Below are positions 12,013 to 24,040 of a DNA stretch of 47,242 nucleotides, piece after piece. The DNA comes from Malacoraja senta (taxonomy: Eukaryota). The translations under genes and the position numbers were made by a program. The notes below the pieces were generated by a model, which was not told where the DNA came from, made no database searches, and saw only the letters and a program-made list of their open reading frames with translations. Position 1 is the stretch's first letter; each line of letters starts with the position of its first letter. The stretch spans positions 1 to 47,242 of the forward strand of contig JAXLNO010000507.1 of NCBI GenBank assembly GCA_038087875.1, given 5' to 3'.

Positions 12013-12575
12013 TTACTCCAACATTTGGTGTCTACCTTCGATTTAAACCAGCATCTACAGTTCTTTCTTACACATACTACCATACATATTCTACCATACT
12101 ACACATACTACCATACCCTACCATACATTGCTGATCTATCTCTCCCTCCTAACCCCAATCTCCTGCCTTCTCCCCATAACCCCTGTCACCCGCACTAAAC
12201 AAGAAATGAGATATTCCACATCTTCCTTGAACTTCGTCCCCTTTGATCTCTCGTTTTCACACCTTACCCTTCCATAACTCCCGATTCCCTCTCCCCTGAC
12301 TCTCAGTCTGAAGAAAGGTCTCGACCCGAAACGTCACCCATTCCTTCTATCTAGAGATGCTGCATCTCTGGAACAACTGCCTGACCTGCTGAGTTACTCC
12401 AGCACACGGTGAAAACCCACGCGGTCACAGGGAGAACGTACAGACTCCGTAGAGGCAGCATCCATGGTCGGGGTCAAACCTGGGTCAGTGGCTTTGTAAG
12501 ATGGCGACTTTACCACTGCGCCACCGTGTCATCCATCCTAGGTTCTCCAGAGATTCTGCCTGACCTGCTGAGTTA

Positions 12576-13193
12576 AAGGCCTGTCTCACGAGTCTGCGGT
12601 CATTGGCGGCGAAACTGGAAGAATCTGTCGCCATAGACCGCGCACTCGTGAGAACGCACAATTCCGGGGCCGTGCGGCGTTGTTCCCAACACCGCACGGT
12701 GCTAAAATAAAACCTACACTGTTCAAAAATATTTTCCTACCGCACAGCTTCCACCAGTGATGCACGAGTGCGGCACGGCCGCCGCCACAGCCGCCGCCAC
12801 AGCCGCCGCCAGTGTGGCTCGAGCGCCGTGCGTCAAACCTCCACTGCCACAGCCTCCGCCAGTGAGGCACGTGCCTCTGACAGTGAGGCACGTGTGCGGC
12901 ACGGCCGCAGGCACAGCCACCGCTACAGCGCCGCGATCAGGAACGGCCGCCGCCACAGCCGGCGCTAGTGAGTCACGTGCGGCGGGCCGACGTCATCGCA
13001 GTCGGCCCGCCCTTTTTTTTACTTACCGCAAGCACGTGGGACCCGCCGTATTTAAATCACTCGGCCCCCGCGCAGCATCCGTGCGGCGCTCCCGTGGCAT
13101 AGGCTCGGCGCTCTCGCCGTTGCCGTGCGGTCCACTCTACAGGCGAAGCCGCGCTTCACCGCCGATGACCGCAAACACCGTAAGACAGAGCCT
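12576..13193. mobile_element. PIF/Harbinger-like MITE, family D (GC-rich, internal GCCGCCACA repeats)
   Basis: TTA|AAGGCCTGTCTCACG...CGTAAGACAGAGCCT|TCA. It splits the PLE tail ctgagtta|ctccag. Confidence 0.8.
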
Positions 13194-13280
13194 TCACTCC
13201 AGTACTTCGTGTCTTTACCTGCAGAGTCCTATCTGCTGTGGGTTTGATGTGGTTTCAAAGGGGAGGTTATCAGAATAATA

Positions 13281-13692
13281 GGGCGGCACGGTGGAGCAGC
13301 GGGAGAGTCGCTGCCTTACAGCACCAGAGGCCCAGGTTCGATCCTGACTACGGTGCAGTCTGTACGCAGTTTGGACGTTCTCCCCGTGACCCACGTGGGT
13401 TTTCTCCAGCTGCTTAGGTTTCCTCCCACACTCCAAAGACGTACAGATTTGTAGATTAATTGAAGGTACACAAAAATGCTGGAGAAACTCAGCGGGTGCA
13501 GCAGCATCTATGGAGCGAAGGAAATAGGTAACGTTTCGGGCCGAAACCCTTCTTCAGACACTTGGTAAGATTGTAAATTGTCCCTAGTGTGTGCAGGGTT
13601 GTGTTAATGTGCGGGGATCGCTGGTTGGCACGGACACGATGGGCCGAAATGCCTGTTTTCGCGCTGTATCCTTTAAACTAAACTGAACTAAA
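13281..13692 (+). mobile_element. HE1/V-SINE-like SINE with nested PLE terminal fragment (about 13462-13560)
   Basis: The SINE consensus is interrupted at ttaattg|...|cttggt. Confidence 0.88.
13530..13557 (-). ncRNA. Putative minimal hammerhead ribozyme motif (UUCG-loop variant)
   Basis: Reverse complement is CUGAAGAAGGGUUUCGGCCCGAAACGUU, inside a roughly 100-bp PLE terminal fragment nested in a SINE. Confidence 0.65.
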
Positions 13693-14123
13693 ATGATGGC
13701 GAAGTTGGGAAAGTCCACTTTGACTCTTGGATGGCGGTCCCTAATCAGCTCCACATTCATCTGGTCTTTCTTTATTGCCCTGCCAATCTCTCATTCCAAA
13801 ATTGCTCTTCAATCTGTTTCCAGCATCTTTTCAGGCACCGTGTTCCAGATGGCAGCATCTCACTGCAAAAAAGATCTCTCCCACCCTTCCATCATCTGCT
13901 AATTAACCAAATCCAAGCTCTTAGAGAAAATGGTTTATTTATTAATGTTTCTCAAAACCCCTCACGTCCATTTCATCTTCGAAGGGTCTCGACCCAAAAG
14001 TATTGCCTATCCATCTCCTCCAGAGATGCTGCCTGACCAGCTGAGTAACTCTAGCCAAGATAGACACAAAGTGCTGGATTAACCCAGCAGACCAGGCAGC
14101 ATCTCTGAAGAGAAGGAATAGGT

Positions 14124-14151
14124 GACGTTTCGGGTCGAGACCCTTCTTCAG
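14124..14151 (-). ncRNA. Putative minimal hammerhead ribozyme motif (PLE-derived)
   Basis: Reverse complement of GACGTTTCGGGTCGAGACCCTTCTTCAG gives an intact core and stem II. Confidence 0.7.
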
Positions 14152-14361
14152 ACTGAGTCAGGGGAGAGGTGAAACTGGAGGTATGAAAAGGTTCAGAACA
14201 GATCAGAGCCCGCTCCGATGACCAAGGAAAGGTGGAGCCCACAATGGTCCATTGTTGGCTGTGGAAGAGGTGATACCGAAGGGATATATGGATGCAAACA
14301 GTGGAACTAGCAGGACGACTAGAGTGGGGGAGGGGCAGAGAGAGAGGGAATGCAGGGGTTA

Positions 14362-14591
14362 AGGGCCTGTCCCACTTGGGCGTCATTTGCGCGTCACGCA
14401 GATGGAGTGCGAAGATTTTGTACATCCCCAAATCCTGGGGCGTCACTGCCTACGTCACCACGCACCATGCGCGCGTAATGCACACCATGAGCGCATCGGG
14501 AGCGCGGCACGATGCGCGAGTCATGCATCGAGACGCGTAAATGATGTTGCGTAAATTACGCGCAAATGACGCCCAAGTACGACAGGCCCCA
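14362..14591. mobile_element. PIF/Harbinger-like MITE, family E
   Basis: TTA|AGGGCCTGTCCCACTTGGGCGTCATTTGCGCG...CGCGCAAATGACGCCCAAGTACGACAGGCCCCA|TTA. The empty site gggttacttgaa is seen at 24241 and 26412. Confidence 0.85.
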
Positions 14592-16259
14592 TTACTTGAA
14601 CTTAGAGAAATCAGTATCCACGCACCAGCACCTTGTGTTCCAGTGGCTGCTGTTCCTTGTACCCACATCTCCTCCTTCTCTGCACCAGGAGAACAATCCC
14701 AGCTTTTATTTATGATGTAACATGGCAACACTTTCTCTATCTGCTTGCAAAACCTACACTTGAAATGAAAAATGACAGCTCAATTTAGTTTTGGAAGCAA
14801 AGGGAAATAACAGGTGTAATTGTCTCTAAGTTTGCACACTCACTCAGTGGTTCCCATGTGAAGCTCAGCAAATCCACACAGGAAATGTTGTCACATTCAT
14901 TCCCATTAACTGCCCGAGAGAGATGGTGACCGGATGCCTGGAGAGATGCCTGCAATGATGGGCTGAGGCCTCCAACCAATAACCCGCCGTAATGTTGCGT
15001 TTAATGTTGGGCCAAATAGCTCCCGACTGTCGGCAGCAACACACACACTCACCGACCTGCTCACCCAAAGCTCCCCAGCCATGGCGGCACGGTGGCCTAG
15101 CAGTAGACCTACTGCCTCACAGCGCCAGAGACCCTGGTTCGATCCTGACTACGGGTGCTGTCTGTACGTTTTCCTGCGTAGGTTTTCTCCGAGACCTTCT
15201 GTTTCCTCCCCACACTCCAAAGACGTGCAGGAAAAATGTTCCCAATGTTGGGGCGAGTCCAGAACCAGGGGCCACAGTCTTAGAATAAAGGGGAGGTCAT
15301 TTAAGACTGAGGTGAGAAAAAACTTTTTCACCCAGAGAGTTGTGAATTTGTGGAATTCCCTGCCACAGAGGGCAGTGGAGGCCAAGTCACTGGATGGATT
15401 TAAGAGAGAGTTAGAATAGAGCTCTAGGGGCTAGTGGAATCAAGGGATATGGGGAGAGGGCAGGCACGGGTTATTGATAGGGGACGATCAGCCATGATCA
15501 CAATGAATGGCGGTGCTGGCTCGAAGGGCCGAATGGCCTCCTCCTGCACCTATTGTCTATGTTTCTATGTTTGTAGGTTAATTGGCATGGTGTAATTGTA
15601 AATTGTCCCTGGTGTGTGTAGGATAGCACTGGTCGGAGCGGAGTTGGTGGGCCGAATGGGCATGTTTCCGCGCTGTATCTCTAAACTAAACAAGCAGTGC
15701 AAACCAGCCCAAGTCAATTGAATAAGAGAACAGGTTGCAGCTTGCTGCAATATGTGCACTGGCGAGACTTTATTTCACCAGCAGTGACTTAGAATTATTA
15801 ACTGTGGACTAACCTCATCAACTCATACACACCATAACAAAGTAATCAGGAGTGAAAATTAAAGCTGTCTCCACTGTACAGAATGCAGTTTTTCTTTTAT
15901 CCTTGATATTTGTGGGAAAGATTGACAATCAGTTGTGCTTAGTGGTTGGAAGCAAGCAGATAGGTGATGTCTATTTGATTCATGGTTCGGCCCAGTTGAT
16001 GTATGTTACCAAAGCTCGGAACTAATTAAGTGTAACAAAATAAATCTATTTCTAAACTCCGGTCATCACCGCGGTGAAGGCAGAGCTGATTTATTCAGCG
16101 TCAAGCAGCTGTAACAAAAAATCCAATCTGTTTGCCCGTCACACGCGCTCCTGATATCATTGGTTTTGCAGCAACTTGTTCGTTTGAAAGCGAGAAAAAT
16201 GCCGTTCGTGAAAATCCAGTCAGTGTGTCTCTTCATCGCCTGGAGGGGCATCTAAGGTG

Positions 16260-17367
16260 TGGGGCAGAACATTGACGCACCTGGTATTGCTGCTACATCT
16301 CAATGCCAGAGAACCGGGTTCGATCCTGACCTCGGGTGCTGCCTGTGTAGAGTTTGCACGTTCTCCACGTGACCGCGTGGGTTTCCTCCGGGTGCTCCGG
16401 TTTCCACCCAAAGATGTGCAGGTTTGTGGGTTAATTGGCCTCTGCATATTGTCCCTAGGGCTTAGAGTCTAGAGATACAGTGTGGAAACAGGCCCTTTCG
16501 CCCACCGGGTCTGCACCAACCAGCGATCCCCGCACATTAACACTATCCTATACCCACTAGGGACAATTTAAAAAAAAACATTTACCAAGCCAATTAACCT
16601 ACAAACCTGCACGTCTTTGGAGTGTGGGAGGAAACCGAAGATCTCGGAGAAAACCCACGCAGGTCACGGGGAGAACGTACAAACTCCGTACAGACAGCAC
16701 CCGTAGTCAGGATCGAACCCGGGTCTCCAGCGCTGAATTCGCTGCAAGGCAGCAACTCTACCGCTGCGCCACCGTGCCCGCCGGGTAGGAAGTGGATAAG
16801 AAAGTGGGACACTGAGTGAAGATCGCGCTTTTGGCCGTTCGCAGTCTTTCGTAGAAACATAGAAAATAGGTGCAGGAGAAGGTCGTTCGGCCCATCGGCC
16901 CATCATGGCTGATCATCCAAAATCAGTACCCCGTTCCTGCTTTCTCCCCCATCTCCCTTGATTTCGTTAGCCCCGAGAGCCCTATCTTGCTCTGTCTTGA
17001 ATACATTTCGTTGGAGGACGTTACTGTTTCGGTGGAGATACACAGTGGCACAGCTGGTAGAGCTGCTGCCCCACGGCACCAGGCATCCAGGCTCGATCCT
17101 GACCTCGGGTGCTGTCTGTGTGGAGTTTAGACGTTTGCCCGGTGTCCTCGTGGGTTTGCTCCGGGTGCTCCGGTTACCTCCCGCATCCCAAAGACGTGCG
17201 AGTTTGTAGATTAATTGGCCTCTATGAAATTGATCTACAGTGTAGAGAGCAGATGGGAAAGTACGATAACACTTCCGAACGAGCGTAAATGGGTGATCGA
17301 TGATCGGCATGGACTCGGAGGGCCGAGGCGTTTGTTTCCGTGCTGTACCTCCAAACTAAACTAAACA
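16260..17367. mobile_element. Cluster of three HE1/V-SINE-like SINEs (16260-16457 +, 16470-16782 -, 17040-17367 +) and a CR1 tail
   Basis: A/B boxes and bodies match the window's SINE consensus. Confidence 0.85.
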
Positions 17368-17369
17368 AT

Positions 17370-17765
17370 CAAGACACAAAGTGCTGGAGTAACTCAACAG
17401 GTCAGGTGGCATCTCTGGAGAACATGCACATGCAAAGTTTTGGGTGGGAACCATTACACCACATGACGGAAACAATCCCCTAACATTATTTTAAAGAGGC
17501 TGAAAGTTTGCCCTGGCCTGAGTTCTGAAAAGCATCACTGAAATGTAGTGATCCCTGTTGCTAAACATTTAAACTCCCATTCCCATACTGTCCTGACCTT
17601 TCTGTCCTGGGCTTCCTCCACTGTCAGAGTGAGGCCACGTGCAAATTGGAGGAACAGCACCTCATATTTCGCTTGGGCAGCTTACACCCCAGCGGTATGA
17701 AGAAGGGTCTCGACCCAAAACGTCACCCATTCCTTCTCTCCAGAGATGCTGCCTGACCCGCTGAC
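17370..17765. mobile_element. PLE fragments (inverted tail plus GIY-YIG 3' part with internal deletion)
   Basis: 17550-17699 matches the PLE ORF end (gaggaacagcacctcatatttcgcttgggcagc) and is fused directly to tgaagaagggtctcgaccc. Confidence 0.75.
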
Positions 17766-18513
17766 TGGGGTCATAGCCTCAGAATTAAAGGACATTCCTT
17801 TAGGAAGGAGATGAGGAGGAATTTCTTTAGTCAGAGTGCGGTGGGTCTGTGGAATTCATCACCATAGATGGCTGTGGAGGCCAAGTCATTTGGATATTTT
17901 TAAGGCAAAGTATGAGTGTCAGGGGTTATGGGGCGAAAGCAGGAGAATGGGGTTGGGAGGGAGAGAAAGATCAGCCTTGATTGAATGGCGGAGTAGACTT
18001 GATGGGCCGAGTGGCCTAATTCTTCTCCTATCACTTCTGAGAAGGACTACAATGTTTACTCCTATGTTTTAGGTGCTGACATACCTGGCTTAACGAGTAG
18101 AATATTGCTGCCATAAATATCAATGTTGAACGTCGAGGTTAAGTGAGACATAAAAGCTGCAGCATTTGGTGACGTGGGAACACAAGGTATCAATCCATCA
18201 CAAACCTATACGAAGAATATATTTGTCTTTCTTCAGAAGGCAGATGCTTCATGCATGATTTGTTTCAAGAGGGAACTGTCAAAACATGTATGGATCGCCA
18301 GAGACACTATCAGCAAGTGCTGGAAAGGTCAGCTATCACCACAGTTACTTGCAATTAGTTCCCAGCGTTGTCCATAATTCTGGTCGCACCATTAAGATCA
18401 TTCATCACCCAAGCTAGTCTCTAAAGATAGCTGTGTACGCTGGAATACACAGGTTATTTTCACTGTTGAAGCCAAAGACTAAATTAAAGAGAAGTCTTAG
18501 CTGCCATAAGTAT

Positions 18514-18946
18514 TGTCTGTATGTGTGTGTGTGTATATGTGTGTGTGTGTATATGTGTGTGCATGTGCTTGTGTGTGTGTGTATGTGTGTGAATGTGCAT
18601 GTGTTTGTGTGTATGTGTGCATGGGCATGTGTGTGCATGTATATGTGCGTGTATATGTGTGCATGTGTGTGTGTATAAGTGTGTGCATGTGTTTGTGTGT
18701 ATGTGTGCATGGGCATGTGTGTGTATGTATATGTGTGCATGTGTGTGTGTATATGTGTGTGCATGTGCTTGTGTGTGTGCATGTGCGTGTATGTGCATGT
18801 GTTTGTGCGTCTGTGTGCATGTATATGCGCATGTGTGGGCATGTGTGTATGCGCATGTGTGGGCATGTGTGCATGTGAGTATATATGCAGATGGGTGTAT
18901 GTGCATGTGTGTGCGTGTGTGCTTGTGTGTGTGTGTATGTGTGTGT
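18514..18946. repeat. Complex (TG)-rich purine/pyrimidine-alternating microsatellite
   Basis: About 430 bp of TG/TA/CA dinucleotides with higher-order re-duplication. Confidence 0.95.
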
Positions 18947-19005
18947 AAAGGGACAACCTGTGAACAATCCCAGCATTTTCTGTGGAAAGGGTTAGGACAG
19001 AGTTA

Positions 19006-19411
19006 AGGGCCTGTACCACTTAGGCGACCTTTACAGGCGACTGCCGACACCCGTGATAGGTCGCCAAAATTTTCAACATGTTGAAAATTCAGCGTCGACC
19101 AGAAAGACGCTACGACTCTTTGGAGACCTCTCACCACCATAGGAGACCTCTCACCACCATAGGAGACCTCTCACCACCATAGGAGACCTCTCACAACCAT
19201 CGGAGACCTCTCACGACCACAGGAGACGTCTCACCACCATAGGAGATCTCTCACCACCATAGGAGACCTCTCACGACCATAGGAGACCTCTCACCACCAT
19301 AGGAGACCTCTCACCACCATAGGAGACCTCTCACCACCATAGGAGACCTCTCACCACCTCTCACGGGTGCCGGCAGTCGCCTGTAAAGGTCGCGTAAGTG
19401 GGACAGGCCCT
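19006..19411. mobile_element. PIF/Harbinger-like MITE, family B, carrying a 20-bp minisatellite
   Basis: TTA|AGGGCCTGTACCACTTA...TAAGTGGGACAGGCCCT|TTA. Confidence 0.85.
19122..19364. repeat. 20-bp minisatellite (AGGAGACCTCTCACCACCAT), about 12 copies
   Basis: Seen directly; lies inside the MITE at 19006-19411. Confidence 0.95.
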
Positions 19412-20007
19412 TTAAGGTGCATCTTGCAATGGAATAATCAGCTACTCTGCAGACTCCTGGAACAGAAACTCATTGAACTCTACATGCGACCCTGAACTGT
19501 TGGTTTTTTTCCTGTTACAACAAATCGAAAGTCAAGTTAAGTTGTATTTATTGTGATATGCTCAAGTTTGGTGAGGTACTGGTACAATGACTATATTATT
19601 TGTCGTAGCATTGCAAGGCACTTAGACACAGACAACAGGCAAAAACATAAACTATTCATAAATCATACATAAATCCTACAAGACAGCAAAAGGAAAAAGA
19701 CTGAACAAAACAAGAAAAATAGAATGAATTTTTGGAGAAAATTACCACAAAATGGTGGACCGTTGTAAAAATACAATTGTTATTATGTTACACTGATGAT
19801 AGGCACAAAGTGCTGGAGTAACTCAGTGGGTCAGGCAGCATCTCCGGGAGAAAAAGGATGGGTGACGTTACCGGTCGGGATCCTTCTTCAGACTCTGTGT
19901 TTCAGACTCAGTTATACTGATGTTCTGCCATGTATATATGGGACTCCAGCCCCTCACAATAGGAGTGAATTTTAGTTGCTTTGCCTTGTTTTATTCTCAC
20001 ATTTCTC

Positions 20008-21006
20008 ATGGTGGCGCAGCGGTAGAGTTGCATCGCTTACAGCGCCAGAGACCCGGGTTCGATCCTGACTACGGCTGCTGTCTGTACGGAGTTTGTACGT
20101 TCTCCCCGTGACCTGCGTGGGTTTTCTCCGAGAACTTCGGTTTCCTCCCACACTCCGAAGAAGTACACGTTTGTAGGTTAATTGGCTTGATATATCTGTA
20201 AAAGATTGTCCCTAGCGTAAGATAGTGTTAATGCACGGGGATCGCTGGTCGGTGTGGACTCGGTGGGCCGAAGGGCCCGTCTCCGTGCGGTATCTCTACG
20301 CTAAATTAAAACTAAAATCAAAGCGGAAGAGAATGAAAGACTCCATCTTGTTTGACTTGGTGATCCATGTGCTGTGAATGCTAGAACAGTCAACCCTGGT
20401 TGGATAAGGTTTAGTTTAGTTTGGTTTAGATGCACAGTGTGGAAACAGGCTCTTTGGCGCACCATGTCCATGCTAACCAGCGATCAGTTCCAACATCAAT
20501 ACTATCCTATTCACTAGGGACAATTTACAGAACCCAATTAACTTACAAACCTGCACGTCTTTGCAATGTGGGAGGAAACCGGAGAACCCGGAGAAAACCC
20601 ACGTGGTCAAACGGAGAACATGCAAACTCAACACATCCGTAGTCAGGGTCGAACCTGAGTCGCCCGCACTATAAGGCAGCAACTCTACCGCTGCTGCTCT
20701 ACAGTGCAAATCTTCAACAGTGCGGAAACAGGCCCTTCGGCCCACCTTGTCCGCGCCAGCCAGCGATCCTCGCACTCTAACACTATCCTGCACACTAGGG
20801 ACAATTTACAATTTGTACCGAAGCCAAATTAACCTAAATACCTGTACATCTTTGGAGTGTGGGAGGAAACCGAAGATCCCGGAGAAAACCCACGCGGTCA
20901 CGGGGAGAACGTACAAACTCCACATAAACAGCACCCGTAGTCAGGATCGAACCAGGGTCTCCGGCGCTGTAAGGCAGTAACTCTACTGCTGCGCCACCAT
21001 GCCGCC
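20008..21006. mobile_element. Cluster of three HE1/V-SINE-like SINEs (20008-20318 +, 20410-20697 -, 20718-21006 -)
   Basis: Match to the window's SINE consensus. Confidence 0.85.
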
Positions 21007-21220
21007 CTGCAGGTCGTGGAGGTGTTATCACGTAACCTCTCACCTCTGACCCTTGCAAACATTCTCTTTCTACCTTATAGTTCATAATTCTGAGAGTAAA
21101 TTCAATGAAATATTCAAAGGGAAATAATAACTGAAATGCATTGTTTGTAAAATACCATTATTTAGAAACCCCACAATTTTGCTTCTGGCTTTCCCTGCAG
21201 CAGTGGCGAGGCGATTAGCC

Positions 21221-21698
21221 TTTTTTTTTTTTTTTTTTTTAATTTTTATTATAAGTAAGTACAATTGTATACAATCATATTTTCATAATACATTTTATGT
21301 ACAGCTTCTTATTTTTTAAATTTTGTAATAAAGAAGAAAAAGAAAAAGAAGTTAGATAATGAAGAATAGAAAAATGTGAGATATATAGTGTGTGAAAAAG
21401 AAAAATAGAGAGTGAAAGAAGAAAGTTAAGAAATAGAAAATAGAAGAAAAAGAGTAAAAGAAGAAAAGAGAAGAAAAAGAAAAGAGAAGTGAGGAGATCG
21501 TATTTATAATCTTGACCATTCCTCACCCAGTCACGGATTAGCTTTTACACCTGTGTTGCACCATACGTTTCCAAAAAGACGACAAATGGAGACCAACTCG
21601 TTATGAATTGGTCAAATTTATCTATTAGGAGGAATCGCATTTCCTCAAGATGTGCGGTATCCAACATACTTGCAATCCACATTTTGAGCGTTGGTATT
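21221..21698 (-). mobile_element. L1-clade LINE 3' end with poly(A) tail and TSD
   Basis: T20 run, AATAAA on the minus strand, ORF2 end IPTLKMWIASMLDTAHLEEMRF...FDQFITSWSPFVVFL...*. Direct repeat GCGATTAGCC(TTT) at 21211 and 21699. Confidence 0.85.
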
Positions 21699-22600
21699 GC
21701 GATTAGCCTTTAATTCCCCAAGATTCTGACCGTCAACCCTATTAATGGGCTCGGTGACTGACAACATTTATTCCCCAGACATTGATCGACGACTTTGACC
21801 GAGGAAGATAAAAGTTGGTCACCGGGTTTCAGTTCTTGGGCGCATTATCTGAGAGAAAAAAGACCCCCCCCCCCCCAAAAAAGGAAAATGTTTAAAAATG
21901 CTAATGTTCTTAAGAGCATTCAAATTGTGCATTACAAAGCCGGCCACTGGTTTACTGGGAGGCTGACGGGGAAAGATAAGTAGTATCAGGTTATGCAGAT
22001 CATTTGTGAAATCCCACAGCTCACTTTAAAGGGCTTAAGGAAGGCAATTGGCCTGATGGTCAGAGAGTTGTGAATCTGTGGAATTCTCTGCCACAGAAGG
22101 CAGTGGAGGCCAATTCACGGGATGTATTCAAGAGATATAGCTCTTTTAGGGCTAACGGAATCAGGGGATATGGGGGAGAAGGCAGGAACGGGGTGCTGAT
22201 TTTGGATGATCAGCCATGATCATATTGAATGGCGGAGCTGGCTCGAAGGGCCGAATGGCCTACTCCTGCGTCTATTGTCTATGTTTCTGTTTCTATACTC
22301 CCTTGCAAGATTATCGGACTGAACTGAAGTGAAGTCTCTGACATAGATTACTGTGGGGAGTGGGCAAATCTGCATTGCATGGGGTTGCATCATGAATGGA
22401 AATCTCTCTGTTCGCGTGTCTCAGTCACTGTCTTCTGACAGCCCATTTGCTAAGGTGGCAATACCTGGTTGAATTCCTGCCCTCTGCTATTTCTGGCAAC
22501 CAAATGTTTGAAGCATTAGCTTGCAGCCTGCGTGCTTCTGTTATCGCAGTGGTGCAGGCGCGGTTCCACGGGATTAGAGAGGCTTTTTTCTTCCCCTCCC

Positions 22601-22602
<2 letters not shown>

Positions 22603-22641
<39 letters not shown>
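22603..22641. repeat. (TG)n microsatellite
   Basis: About 19 perfect TG units. Confidence 0.95.
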
Positions 22642-22642
<1 letters not shown>

Positions 22643-24040
22643 TGTGGATGACAGCGGCCGCCCACGTCTGCGCTGGGCAGATAGCGTGGCAAGGACTGTA
22701 TCGAGAGGTGCTTACAGTGTCCGCGTTCTCCATTAGTGGGACCTAATAGACTTTCAGCAGCCGTAAACAATTACACCTCGCAGTATGTGCAGACTTCCCA
22801 AACTGCAATGCATGGAAAATAAAGCTGTTTTCAGTCACACGTACACAATTATTATTATGTTTCCTCTTCCTTCCTGAGTATGGGAGGTTTTAACTAAACA
22901 CTGGGACAGATGGAGCACTCGCGCTTGCAGTGAATGAATCAAGGCATGTTTTGTGCAAATTAATCACCTGGCATATTTTTTGGCTCTGGATGTCTGATTC
23001 ACATTGGCCATGGCGGTCGTGGGTTAAAAGCTAGATGAGTAATCCAGAGCTCTGTGCCCGAATCCCACCACGGTGTCCGTGAAATTTAGATTCAGTTAAA
23101 AACTACAAACGGGTCATGAATAATATTATTTACAGAATTTAATCAACAATGTTCTCCATCTTTACCGTCATAAGTTCATCGGTTATGGGAGCAGAAATAG
23201 GCCATTCGGCCCATCTAGTCTACTCTGCCATTCAATCATGGCTGATCTATCTCTCCCACTCAACCCCATTCTCCTGCCTTCTCCCCATAACCCCTGACAC
23301 CTGATCTAATCAAGAAGCTGTCAATCCCTGCCAAAAAAAATATCCATCGACTTGGCCTCCACAGGCATCTGTGGCAATGAATTCCACAGATTCACCACCC
23401 TCTGACTAAAGATATTCCTCCTCATCTCCTTTCTAAAGGTACGTCCTTTTATTCCGAGGCTGTAGCCTCTGATCCTAGACTCTCCCACCAGTGGAAACAT
23501 CCTCGCTACAATTCCTGGGTGTCACGGTGGCGCGGCGTTAAGAGTTGCTGCCTTCCTGCGCCAGAGACCCGGGTTCGATCCTGACCACGGGTGCTTGGCT
23601 GAACGGAGTTTGTGCGTTCTCCCCGAGATCTCCGGTTTCCTCACACACTCCAAAGACGTACAGCTTTGTAGGTTAATTGGCTTGTTGTAAATTTGAAAGT
23701 GTCCTTGGTGTTAGTGTGCGGGGATCGCTGCTCGGTGTGGAACCAGTGGGCTGTAGGGCCTGGGTCCTCGCTATGTCTCCAAGCCAAACCAACCAAACAT
23801 CCACTCTATCCATTGTGTGGCTTGGTTTGTTGATAGACACCTTGTTGTTGCAACTAACGGGCGAGCGATTGATAACCTGACTACGGGGGATGCATGTCTA
23901 CGCTGCAAGAGGCCAGCTAGTGATGGGAGCATTCACTAGGGGCAAGCTGGCTGGCAACCTGTGAAGCTGCCAGTTGCTATAAAAGTCCTAAGCAATGATA
24001 AGAGCGGCTTGGGACATCATCCCACTGCTTGAGAAATCTC

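Larger units (their letters stand above)
14058..14620 (-). mobile_element. PLE 3' end interrupted by a MITE
   Basis: Same tail and UTR as 25843-26430. The sequence ggggTTA|cttgaa is split by the MITE at 14362-14591. Confidence 0.8.

Noticed and set aside
12586..13278. Ala/Gly-rich ORFs and CpG-island or promoter-like composition
   Set aside because: They lie within a TIR-bounded MITE that has a second copy at 39049-39532. GC richness explains the open frames.
18414..19019. His/Thr-rich and Cys/Val-rich ORFs up to 201 aa
   Set aside because: They are translations of a TG microsatellite that is open in most frames.
19122..19364. CRISPR-like regular repeats (also 25675-25842 and 34783-34978)
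   Set aside because: These are head-to-tail tandem units with no unique spacers, no cas genes, and a eukaryotic context.
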